A DNA stretch of 64,000 nucleotides from Takakia lepidozioides. Its lineage: Eukaryota; Plantae; Bryophyta. Below the pieces are notes generated by a model. That model worked only from the letters and a program-made list of their open reading frames with translations, ran no database searches and was not told the DNA's origin. The position numbers and the translations under genes are program-made. Of this stretch, positions 14,601 through 25,296 are shown in pieces (the first letter of the stretch is position 1; every line of letters starts with the position of its first letter). The stretch spans positions 83,018,001-83,082,000 of the forward strand of contig CM060732.1 of assembly GCA_030704615.1 (NCBI GenBank), given 5' to 3'.

Positions 14601-15547
14601 AGGAAAGGAGTGAAGGACTTCAGACATGTATTCCGAATGTCGAGGGTCATCCAAATCTGCAGAGAAAAGAGTGGCAAAGTGCTCAGCGGCTGCAGCTGCC
14701 ATTTCCATGGGCTGAGATATGGTATCACCACTAGGAACCTTAATGGCACTGAGATGAGTGGCATCCCTCCTTTGCCTCACCTTCTGTCTACATGCAATCA
14801 ACCCGCTTTAAAATGTTGGGATTTAGCCTGAAATAACCTCTTCTTTTGGTATGCAGGCCAGGTGGTCTAAATTCCGTAGAAACCACAGCATGATCAAATT
14901 CAGCAAGGATTGGAGCCTGAGTCATACCTTTAGACCATGCGAGGGGAGATTGGGAACAGTAAATTTTGTCCAGGCGGGCCATACATAAATGTGGAGGAGC
15001 TCTCAGATTGGACCATGTGAACCTTAGATCAGGTGAGGAGTCTGAAAAAATGTCCACCAGCCCCACTGAGAAGCAAAGCATATCCCATGCAATTTGTTCC
15101 AAATTAGATAAAGAGTGAGAGGCATGCACCAGCCTATCATTGTAACTATCAACCATGTTGAAGTCACCAGCTAGGACCCAATTGAGAATTTCAGGAAAGC
15201 TAGTAATCTTATCTCTGATCTTCAGTGAAGAGACATTGGACCCGACCTTGAACCCAGGTCTGACCGTTATTAATTGAGACAGCGATAGATGGGGAAGCCG
15301 AGGAAGCCAAAATTGCGGTTCCCCCACTGGAGGAGGAGATAGTGGGATTCCACCAAGCAACTTGAGATGGCCAAAAACTATTGCCAATGGATCTGCTTTT
15401 ATTGTCATCCAACTTAGTCTCTTGGAGGAAAATGAGTGCGGGGGAAGAAATAAAGGAGGAGGCCCAAAGTTTGACACGCCTTCTATTAGGCATAATGGTA
15501 TCTGAGCCCATACCACGAATGTTCCAAGAATGCAAGGACCAGGTCAT
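11658..15547 (-). pseudogene. LINE #1 ORF2 (APE endonuclease, reverse transcriptase, zf-RVT), with frameshifts and stops
   Basis: Motifs SWNIRG, LQETK, LAGDFN, RLDKIY, KTPGLDG, NYRPIMLLN, LDFEKAFD, LLYADDT and CVSC...EHCLVLC, spread over several ORF-track fragments. Confidence 0.92.
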
Positions 15548-15642
15548 GTAGGAAATAGCTGGCAGCCCGTAGAGAAAACTCTGGGATTTGATGGCCGACA
15601 AGGCAAAGAAAAGATGAAGATGTAGGAAGGGGATGGGGAGCC

Positions 15643-16357
15643 TTAGGTTATCTTTGCCAGTAACAGGGCCGGGGTACCTTCAAGAAGGCTGAAGATTATC
15701 GGGGTAATGTGAACACCCACATAGACTGGACCATCAGAAAGAGAGGGGTCATCAGGAAGAAGAAGCCTGCGGAAGGATTTGAGTCTTCTACAGAAAGCAC
15801 CCAAGTTATCCATCTCGCCATTGCCAATCTTGTAAATTACAGCTTCCGCTCTGGAACGGGCAATCATTGGCGCAGGAGAGCTCAAAAACTCTCTTACATT
15901 AAACTGAATGGCAGAGGCAGGAGAGGATAACAATCTAGGTCTTTTGGCAGGATGCCCGTTGGACGGAGATGGGTTGTCACCAGCATTTCCACCCTGGCCC
16001 TGAGTATTGCCTGCACAAATGCGGTCACTCTCCCTGTGCCTCGCTTCATTAACCTTTCCCTGCGTTGCTATCACAGAAGGAGAAATGGCATTAGACAACT
16101 TGGCCTTCTTGTTTTGTGGGCAATCGACTTTGATATGCCCTTCCTTGTGACACAGATGACAAAGCACATTTAATGACTCCTCCAGCACTGCCACCGTGAT
16201 AAATGAGTTGTCCAACGTTGGGAGCTTGAGGGAGGCCTCGATCTTTGAATCCTTAGGCATCCACACCACGATTTTAGGGACTCCCGAGTCCCATGTGTGA
16301 TCAAAGCTGGTTACTGAATCAATACTGAGGAGGTCTTCTTCACCCAAATCATCAACA
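15643..16357 (-). pseudogene. LINE #1 ORF1, C-terminal part (zinc knuckle)
   Basis: CHLCHKEGHIKVDC CCHC motif. The first ~75 aa of ORF 15643..16578 are read from LINE #2's 3' UTR and poly(A). Confidence 0.8.
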
Positions 16358-19300
16358 TTTTTTATTTTTTTTTGGTGAAAGGGGATGAGGCCCAAGTTGT
16401 TAGTTTTATTGAATATTATTGAAGGGAAAAAAATTAAAACCCTTACATGCCCGTAGGCTGCCATGAGGCCTATCACACGATAAACGTGTTGGAGAATCCA
16501 TGAGAATAGAGACCGGATGCCTGCCATGAGGCAAAGAGCTGATTTTTGTCTAGGACCTAGATCTGAAGCAACGCCCAAGCTAGGGATCTGACTTTATAAG
16601 GATGAGACTGATGGCGGAAAAAGGGGCGGTAAGACCAATATGACCAAGGTGACAGACGGATCGATGATGAGGAAGACCGAGGAGAAGCCCTGACTGAGGG
16701 AAACACTGTTGCATGGAATCTAACCTAAGAACTGCAACCGAGCCCGAGAGGCCACCTTCACATGTTTCCAATTGATGTCTGATTTGTCAAATTCCGGAGA
16801 TGCCGAAGATGAGGGCCCAGTGATGCCTCCAAGGTTCGGGAATTCCTCGAGCATGAGCCTGCTCCAGTGCATCTGCAAATGAGTCCCTCCCTCCCCCATG
16901 TGTCTTGGAAAATGGCGAGGAAGGTGAACTGGCGTTGAGGCTTCCTGGTGATTTCTGCTCACATTTTTGCCCAAGCCAGTTTAGCAGCAACCGTCAAGTC
17001 AAAAAACACTTGAGTGAGGATGGCGGTGGGCGAGGTATTGTGCAAGTCCAAAGTCCATCTGCATCTGGCTTTCCATAATTGCCATAGAGTTGCAGATCTT
17101 AAGGCTTCAAAAACTGGACAGTCTGTTGCCCTGGATTTTTCGTTCTGATTGTAGTTGAGAAGCAAGGCAATGGGCCCGAAAGGGGGTTGTCCCCAAGGGC
17201 GATAGAAGGGCAGGATTAGGTGCCAGATCGTCATTGGGGCAATGCAGAAAAGAAGGCAGTGTTCCAAGCTTTCAATTGTATCTATTGAACAGCATTTGCA
17301 CAGGAGAGCATCCTGGAAACCTAGATATTGCCCTACCTTCAATACCCTGTTGGCAACTTGCCAAAGAAAAGCACTGAGTTTTGCTGGTTTTGCCTTGTCC
17401 CAGATCAGACTCCAAATACTGTTCCAGTTTTCCATCATGAAGCCTTCGTGCCCCCATCTAGTGTTCCATTTGACATAAACTGGTTTTGTTGAGTGCCCTG
17501 TAAGCCTTTTTCGAAGAGAAAGCAAAGAAGGGCTGGGGGGAGGTTCCGAATTTCCAAAGCCATTCAGCTGGGTCAATCTACAGATTTTGCAGTTGATGGC
17601 CTCCAATCCAGGTGAACCTTTCTTTTGCTATCCAGGCTGAGGTGGGGGCAGAGGGTTGAAGTTTTTGAATCTGAGCTCCAATGACAGATGGGTAGTTGCA
17701 GGGTTGAGTGGACCAAAAACGGCAGATCCTGCTCCATGAAAGTCCATGACCAAAAAACAAAAAGTTGATGATAATATCCAAAATATTTTTTTAAGTGATA
17801 GATAATCGTATACTGAACATATTTAGTAAAGAGTTCTACCCCAAATATTAAAGATATAATTCATTAAACATTATAGTCTATTATTTAGAGAAATTATGAA
17901 AAACTAAAAATTAGAGTTTAAAAAATAAATTCAATATGCCACCTAACCATTGAAGATTAGAGGTTTTTATACTTCTAGAAAAAAAATGACACCCAAAATC
18001 CAAAAAACAAGATGAGCTATGGACTTTTCAAAAAACGCCTATTTTTTTGACATATATTAGTCCATATGAGTCAAATGACAACTGATTTTTCCACTTCAAA
18101 TCCATACCTATGATGTGGACCAAAATGGCCACCTTAAGTCCAAATTTCAATGGAATTCACCAATGGCACATATGAGAACTTGAGTCCATTTTAATTCCAT
18201 TCACTACGGTAACAGTCCACAATGACGGTGTTCAAAAGTCCATAGCAGAGTCATTTCTTATCGGATTCATGATTGGAGAGTTGCTATGGGTGCGTATTGA
18301 AGCTAGGAATCCAATGACATATATATTTTCTGGTTTTAATGAGTTAATTCAAATTCAATTGATGACACCATCAATTGCAGTCATCTAAAACTGTGCCGGT
18401 AACATCCATTTTGGTCCAGTCAACCCTGCATTCACCCAGATGCGAGCTGGTCTTGCTCTCGCAGAGGGGGTAATGGCTTATTGAGGACTTAGAAGAGACA
18501 ACATACCAGAGAAGGGGTCAGCTAGGAACTTGTAACCTATGAGCATCGCATTCTGAGTTGCGGTAACATAAAGGACTTGGAACTCCCTGTCTTCAAACAT
18601 CACCCAATGGGTTGGCCTTTTTGGGAGATCACCAGCAGCAAGCAGCGTTCTCCAAGGGTCTGGGACAAAGGCTAGGACCTGATGAATTCCGGAAGTCAGT
18701 CTGCGGGAACCCAAAGCATCTTGGAGAGAAGCTGGTGTGTTGATCCAGAGGTCACTTACTTTGCTAATGCCTCCCAAGCCGCCCACCTCTTGGCTTGCTC
18801 TTTCTCAAGCATGGATGGATTGGCCGAGTTGAGGAAGAGCTGTTGTCTAAGGGTTTCTTGGAAGGTAGTGGGTGCTTGCTTTATCGAAAAAGGCCTAAAC
18901 CTGTTCCAAGCTCTCCAGATGGAGGTCCAGAGGGGAGATCCCACTATCTTGTGGTTGAAACCCTGAGCAATCCAACGCAACGAGGGGGCCCAAGAGGTAG
19001 ATTGGAGAGGGGAACTGGCAGATATGTTAGCGGTAATTAACAATTTCCACCATCCCCCTTCAGGACCCAAAAAGTGAGGAATCCATTTTCCAGCTAGCAG
19101 GGCTTGAATTTGAGTGCCAGGATCGAAAACCCCCAGACCCCCCAGTTTTTTTGGCTGGCAGATTTGATGCCACGAAACCTGCGGGCGTTTGTATTGCTCA
19201 TAACATTGAGCCCCCCAAATGAAGTTGCGCACACAACGCTTGACCTCCTGAATTATTTTCGAGTTAGGGCCCCAAGTTGATGCAAAATACCAGATTCCCG

Positions 19301-20570
19301 CTTGCAGGGTTTGGTTGGCTGCTAGGGCTCTTCCTGTAAGAGATAGGTGTCTGGATCCCCAATAAACCATTTGTCTCTTGAGATTTTTGATTGTGGGTTC
19401 CATTCTTTGCTCATCAGAGTTGTTATTGCCAAATGTATGGCCCAACAGAGTAGTGGTCTCCCCGTCCTTCAACCAGACCAAGCCAAGGCCAGATCCCTAT
19501 GTAGGAACAATACCAATTCTAGATTGAGAGGAGTCCCCCACTAGAAGAGCTTTGGTTTTGGACCAATTAACCCGAAACCCATAGATGGTACAAAACTTGA
19601 GGAGGGTATCTTCTGCAACTTGCTGGGTGGAGGGATGTGCCTCTAGGAGCAGGAACGTATCGTCCACAAACATAGAATCCTTGACCTAAATCCACAACTG
19701 GGATTTTGGGTTTTTAAGCCTAAGTCCCTTGATCAGGAGGTTGTCATCTAGGAGGTAACCCAGGGCATCAGCCACAAAAAAGAAGAGGAAGGGTGCCAAA
19801 GGGCAACCCTGCCTGACAGACCTCTGGAGCCAAAATTCTTTGGAGACATGTCCGTTAATTATGACCCTACTGGTGGAATTGAAGAGAAGAATTTGGACCC
19901 ACTGGCAAAAGCCATGAGGTAAACCTACTCTGCGAAGAACTGCCAACAATAAATTCCAATCCACCCTATCAAAGGCCTTTTCAAAGTCTAGAAGCCAAAG
20001 CGCTAGAGCCTGGTTGGAGTTTTTGGCGAAGATAGAGGCTTCATGGGCAAGGAGGACATTGTCCAGGATGTATCTACCTTTAATAAAACCCGCCTGGCCT
20101 GTCCGGATAATAGTGGGGAGCAAAGGTTGGATACAGAGTGCCAATGCTTTGGCAATTATCTTGTAGGAGACATTGAGGAGAGTGATTGGCCTATAGTTAC
20201 TGATATCAGCCCTATCCCCTTTCTTGAAGAGAAGGGTGATGACTCCTTGCGACATCTGGTTTGGCATCAGTCCTCTTTTTGTGATTTCATTGGCCATGTT
20301 GCAGAAGTCACCAGAAATTTTGGGCCATAGAGCCTTGTAAAACTCGACTGGCATACCGTCTATCCCTGGGCTCTTGTTGCTACTCATGAGATGTAAGGCT
20401 TTTCCCAGCTCCTCTGGAGTGAATTCAGCTTGGAGGGGCGCCGCCTCGGAGCCGACCAACTTGACTGGAATGGTCTGCAGGTATTGCACAAGAAGGGGAT
20501 TTTGGTGTTTTGGTCCTGGGGGTCCCTTGAAAAGAGGGAGCTGAAATGGGAGAAGGCTTTGTTGCAAAGT
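16358..20570 (-). mobile_element. L1-clade LINE #2, 5'-truncated, inserted in ORF1 of LINE #1
   Basis: T-run 16358-16373 is the poly(A) tail. RT motifs KSPGIDG, NYRPITLLN, LDFEKAFDRVDW, RQGCPLAP and FVDD; zf-RVT CKCC...EHCLLFC. Confidence 0.9.
17701..18426. mobile_element. MITE / non-autonomous TIR element inside LINE #2
   Basis: TIRs GGGTTGAGTGGACCAAAA and TTTTGGTCCAGTCAACCC (1 mismatch), flanked by TGCA on both sides (17697-17700, 18427-18430). AT-rich noncoding interior interrupts LINE ORF2. Confidence 0.85.
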
Positions 20571-20645
20571 TCTCTAGGGATAGAGGATTTGGTGCCTATA
20601 TTGTCTATGTAAAGCTCTCTAATCTTATGTGCGCATTCTTGACAG

Positions 20646-23600
20646 ACGAAAATACAGCAGGATTTGGCACATGCGTGGAGGTTCTACATGGTAAGAGAGA
20701 AGAATCCAACCCTCCCGGAACTCGAATCGTATGTCAAAGCTGCGGAGGTGAGGGCCCGCATAAAGTACAAGTCGCGGATGGTAAAGTACGTGGCCATAGT
20801 TGATCCCGCCCTTGGTGCCGACTTTCTGGTGGAGGTGGGGAAGCACTACTCTCGCGCTCTGAAGCCCACGATGACATTGGAGAAGCTCCATCGTCTAGCC
20901 ACATCCTGTGTGGATGCAACAGAAAAGGTGATACATTCTTAACCAAATTGTGGTGGCAACAACTCCTTTTTGTGGTGTTTGGCGCTTACAAATATGTTGG
21001 GTGGTTGGACAGACCCGGTGGCTCCAAATCTGGAATGGTTCCCAAAGAACCAGGGACATGTGGAGCTTCCCCAAACCGGACAAACTCTCTCACCCCACAT
21101 TCGACATGTGGATGAACCGCATGACATGGTGGTTTCAGGTACTTCCCCACGCTTCGTTTGGGGCTTCTACTCTAGTAGGGGGTGGATTCGTTGTATTTTT
21201 TCAGGAAAGCGATCTGATGGAGAATCTCCACAGGTGACGACGAATGCGCAAGAGCAGCTGGACACACAAACACATCAGTTCAAGATGGAGATATCTCCTG
21301 CAGCAGAGAGCCTACGCGACTATGTGACGAGGTACTTTCTGCTCTACAAAACCAACCTATTCTTTCAGGAGATAGCAGATGCTCGCCGGAGCCACGAGTT
21401 CACCGACCAGCCGAACGCGGACAAAGCAGCAATGTGCCTTCTGTACAGGTACATACGCGCTGCCTTTCTTTCAAGTCCTTGCATTTCAGGATGTTAGAGG
21501 CCTCATGTGGTGTTAGGGGAAATGGCGCCGAATTTCCAGTCAGGGCTCCGAAAATGGCTAAGTCCCTAGACTGGTTGGCCCTGAACTGGAAATTCGGCGC
21601 CATTTTCCAGTTCTAGGCCCTATTGCCGTTCAAGGACTTGGCCATTTTCGGGCTAAGTCCCTAGACTGGCTGGCCCGGAACTGGAAATTCGGCGCCATTT
21701 TCCAGTTCTAGGCCCTATTGCCGTTCAGGGACTTCGCCATTTTCGGGCTAAGTCCCTAGACTGGCTGGCCCTGAACTGGAAATTTGGCGCCATTTTCCAG
21801 TTCCAGGCCCTATTGCCGTTCAGGGACTTCGCCATTTTCGGGCTAAGTCCCTAGACTGGCTGGCCCTGAACTGGAAATTCGGCGCCATTTTCCAGTTCCA
21901 GGCCCTATTGCCGTTCAGGGACTTCGCCATTTTCGGGCTAAGTCCCTAGGGTTGCTGGCCCTGAGCTGGAAATTCGGCGCCATTTTCCAGTTCTAGGCCC
22001 TATTGCCGTTCAGGGACTTAGCCATTTTCGGGCTAAGTCCCTAGGGTGGCTGGCCCCGAGCTGGAAATTCGGTGCCATTTTCCAGTTCTAGGCCCTATTG
22101 CCGTTCAGGGACTTAGCCATTTTCGGGCTAAGTCCCTAGGGTGGCTGGCCCGGAACTGGAAATTCGGCGCCATTTTCCAGTTCTAGGCCCTATTGCCGTT
22201 CAGGGACTTAGCCATTTTCGGGCTAAGTCCCTAGGGTGGCTGGCCCTAAACTGGAAATTCGTCGCCATTTTCCAGTTCTAGGCCCTATTGCGGTTCTGGG
22301 ACTTAGCCATCTTCGGGCCAAACCGGGAAAAATGGCGCCGAATTTCCAGTTCAGGGCTCCCAAGATGGCTAAGTCCCTAGGGTGGCAGTCACCGAAAACC
22401 GAAATTCGGCGCCATTTTTCCATTTCTAGGCCCACTCACATCCGCCCCAACATGGGAAAATGGTGCCGAATATGCATTTCAGGGACCTCGTTGTGTTTTT
22501 CATGAATGCAGGTACTGCAAGTTCTCCCTTTTGGAGAAAGGTCATCTGTCTTTCGAGCCACCATTCTTCATGGCATGGAGGAACCCTGGGGTTGACTCCA
22601 TGTACACTGACGATATTGTGAAGGAGTGGCATCTGGAACATTTGCGTGATTGCCCTTGGTATGTGGACCTTCCACCCGGCTCGCTCGACCCATCCGAATT
22701 TCAATTGAAGCTGGATGCTGAATTCCGACGAAACCGGGCTCCGCTGCCTCCGTTGGGTGCAAAAGAGGCAAAAGCGCTTGCGAACTCCAGGAAAGCGGCA
22801 GAGCTTGCTCAGGCAGGAATTCGGGAGAAATTGCATGAGAAGAGTAAAGGCCAAAGGAAAATGACAAGGAAACAGGTGAGTGCAGTAACACCCAAAAAGA
22901 AGAAAACCATCGGGGCATCGGAGGAGGCGCAGGAGGGGACCCAAGAGAGTGACTCGGACGACGACTTTGTTCAAGGTCCTGCGACTGCTGTTGCTCCTAC
23001 CCAGTCACCGGTCATCCGGGTTCCCAAGTCAGTTCGGAGTGGGACTGGCTCTGCCAAGAAGTTGGCATTTGAGGGCGAGCCTACACGGCGGTATTCGGCG
23101 GTGACGTTTACGCACAGGCCAAAGCTAGAACCTCCAACCATCATCCAATGCGTCAATGAAGCTTCCTTGACGCTCTCGCTGCCAGGGCGAAGAAGGTGGC
23201 ACACAGCAAGTCTCTGGCGGAGCAGAAGGGGAAAGCCAAGAAGAGGGCTGGCGGTACAGAGCCTAAAGACACCCCTGGTTTTGAAGCCATGATGGAATTC
23301 TTCACGGCTGTGAGCACGAATTGCAAGAGCACTCGGGGGGGGGGGGGGGGGGGTTGAGGTGGAGAGAGCTTGCGACATGATTCTCCTCGACATTCCAGAT
23401 GGGGAGCTACTGGAGGGCCTGGATGGTGTGCCCACCTGGAACAGGTTTACTGAGGACTACTGGAAAGCCGGGTTTGGGCTGGCGGGGATGCTTTTGGATG
23501 ACGGTGGATGTGTGGTTGTCCTTGCCACGAGAGGGAAGACCACAGAGAATGCGGTGGCAAGGTGGACACCGAAAAGTGTCACCCCGGTCCTCCTCAGAAA

Positions 23601-24871
23601 ATGGTTCTGCATCAGTACACAAGGGTTGCGAACAGAGGGCCAAAGTGTAAGTTATCAATCTATTGCATTCACTTCATATTGTGGTGTATGTTAAGTAGAC
23701 CCTGGAGTTGATCCCTTCTTTGTTGGATGTGCAGACATTGGTGTTTGAGGCATATTGCTTTGTGAAGAGAGGGTCTACGTTCAAATTCCGCAACGACGGT
23801 CGTCTTGTTGATGCCGCTGTGGACCCTGTAACCTACGATGTCCTCTACAACTATGTGCCCCACTCCAGTATGCTGAAGGACACAAAGACAGGCAAACCGT
23901 GGCGGTACAGCCGGACCCGGAGCCCTGCTTTCATCCAAACCCTCATGGAGACGTGCTCGGATGTCCAAGGGCGGACTCTAGACCTCACATGCGGCACGGG
24001 TAAGCCTTCACGTGCTCAGTTTGTCCCCTGGCCCGATTGCAATTGCATGCCGCAAGCTATTAACCGCCCGCTTTGTTCCTCAGGTGCTTCAATGTGGGCA
24101 GGGACGTTGTCCGACAGGCATGTGTTCGCCTTCGAGCCAGATACTGCCCTCCACAACTCGGAACTTGCAGCGGCTGAACGTCTGCCGAAAGAGGAAGAGG
24201 CATCCTCGGAGGATGAGGAAAAATCCAAGAAGGAGCAGGGGGAGGAAGTTGGGATCGAGGCCGAGGAGCCCCCGGTTTACGAGTGAGTGGTGGCATTGTA
24301 AGTTGCCTCCAGATTTTGTGAGGCACCTCCCTCCGCTCTCTTATTTCATTGAAAACCCTTTCTGGTTGTGCTGGTATTGACATTCTTGAAGTGGATTTGT
24401 TCTTACTGTAGGATGTCAAGTACTGCCGGAGGGACGTCTACACCGGAGTTCATGGGCAGGAGGAATGTGCCTTTTTTTGCCAGGGGGGATTTCATGCCTA
24501 GTCCAGAAAGGGAGTACATCCTTCCTACTTATGCTGCCCGGCTTGCTTTGGTGTCCATTAGGAGGTGTTCCGAACCTAGTCGTGTACAGCAGATTTTAGA
24601 CGAGGCAAGCCTCAAGAAAATGAAGATGAGGGAGGAGGCAACAGCTATTAGTGCCCGTCGGGCTCGTAGATTTGTCTTGGATTCTGCTGAGGAAAGTGGG
24701 GGAGAAGACGCAGAAGATTCCCAGGAGGTGAGGTGGACAGTCCCCCAAGGAGAGGACGGGATTTTTGAGAGGCATAGTGGAACTGATGCATCACAGAGCT
24801 CGGAGGATGAGGGGGATGAGGGGGATGAGGAAGAAGGTGGGGCAAGTTCCTCGGAGGGTGTAGGAGAGTAG
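20646..24871 (+). pseudogene. Cargo gene copy 1 (5'-truncated): helical region, beta-class amino-methyltransferase fold and acidic tail. Exons ~20646-21139, 21234-21448, 22512-23646, 23736-23999, 24084-24282, 24412-24871
   Basis: GT-AG junctions give in-frame joins (LYR|YCKFSL, CGTG|ASMW, VYE|MSST). Motif order CDMILLDIPDG...LLDDGGCVVV...FEAYCFVK...RSPAFIQTLMETCSDVQGRTLDLTCGTGASMWAGTLSDRHVFAFE matches the N6_N4_Mtase layout (IV...X-I-II). Frameshifts and stops present. Confidence 0.75.
21517..22480. repeat. Intronic tandem array, 95-bp unit x ~8, built on AAATTCGGCGCCATTTT
   Basis: CTGGAAATT recurs at 21586, 21681, 21776, 21871, 21966, 22061, 22156 and 22251. Each unit has two internal inverted repeats. 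The array lies in intron 21449-22511. Confidence 0.95.
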
Positions 24872-25296
24872 TGCCCATTCCGGCTATGACAGTTAGAACA
24901 CACTTGTATAGACGTGGCTTGCCACAAAATTTGCAATAAAATGTTGCATTTCAACATTCCAACTTCACATGACCCTATTTCCGTGCCTCCTAACCCTATT
25001 TCCGTGGACTCACAATGGTCTGCTCATGCTTTTTTTTTTTTCCGCTCATGAAATAGCAGCCCCCGTTCCCAGTACTCTAGCCCAGTTTTCAGTATCTGGT
25101 ACTCCGGTCCAGTTTCCAGCATTCTAGTATTCAAGTCGTGTTCCAATATCTTGTACTCTTGTTCATTGTTATAAAGATCGTCTTGATTCATATTTACTCA
25201 TCATGCATTTGGCCACGCCGACCTTGACTTCTTGTCTAGCATTGTACCTCTAGTTTTATTTTTTGTTTGTGTTCAGTCATGTTCTCGTCTTTGACA

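Larger units (their letters stand above)
11323..16357 (-). mobile_element. L1-clade LINE retrotransposon #1 (degenerate; 5' end displaced by LINE #2)
   Basis: Poly(A) tail (T-run 11323-11344), AATAAA in the 3' UTR, ORF2 with EN-RT-zf-RVT, and ORF1 with a CCHC knuckle. Confidence 0.92.
20570..25065 (+). mobile_element. Right half of MULE-like element carrying cargo gene copy 1; terminus ...GCTCATGAAATAGCAGCCCCCG
   Basis: Terminal 22-mer is the exact reverse complement of the terminus at 48343. No left terminus, consistent with a deletion at the LINE #2 junction. Confidence 0.7.

Noticed and set aside
21517-22480. CRISPR-like appearance of palindromic repeats
   Set aside because: Units are near-identical end to end with no unique spacers and no cas genes, and the context is a eukaryotic intron.
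25066-25296. Possible solo-LTR fragment ending in TGACA that truncates copy 2
   Set aside because: Only a CA end and AT-rich low-complexity sequence, with no partner LTR, PBS or TSD.
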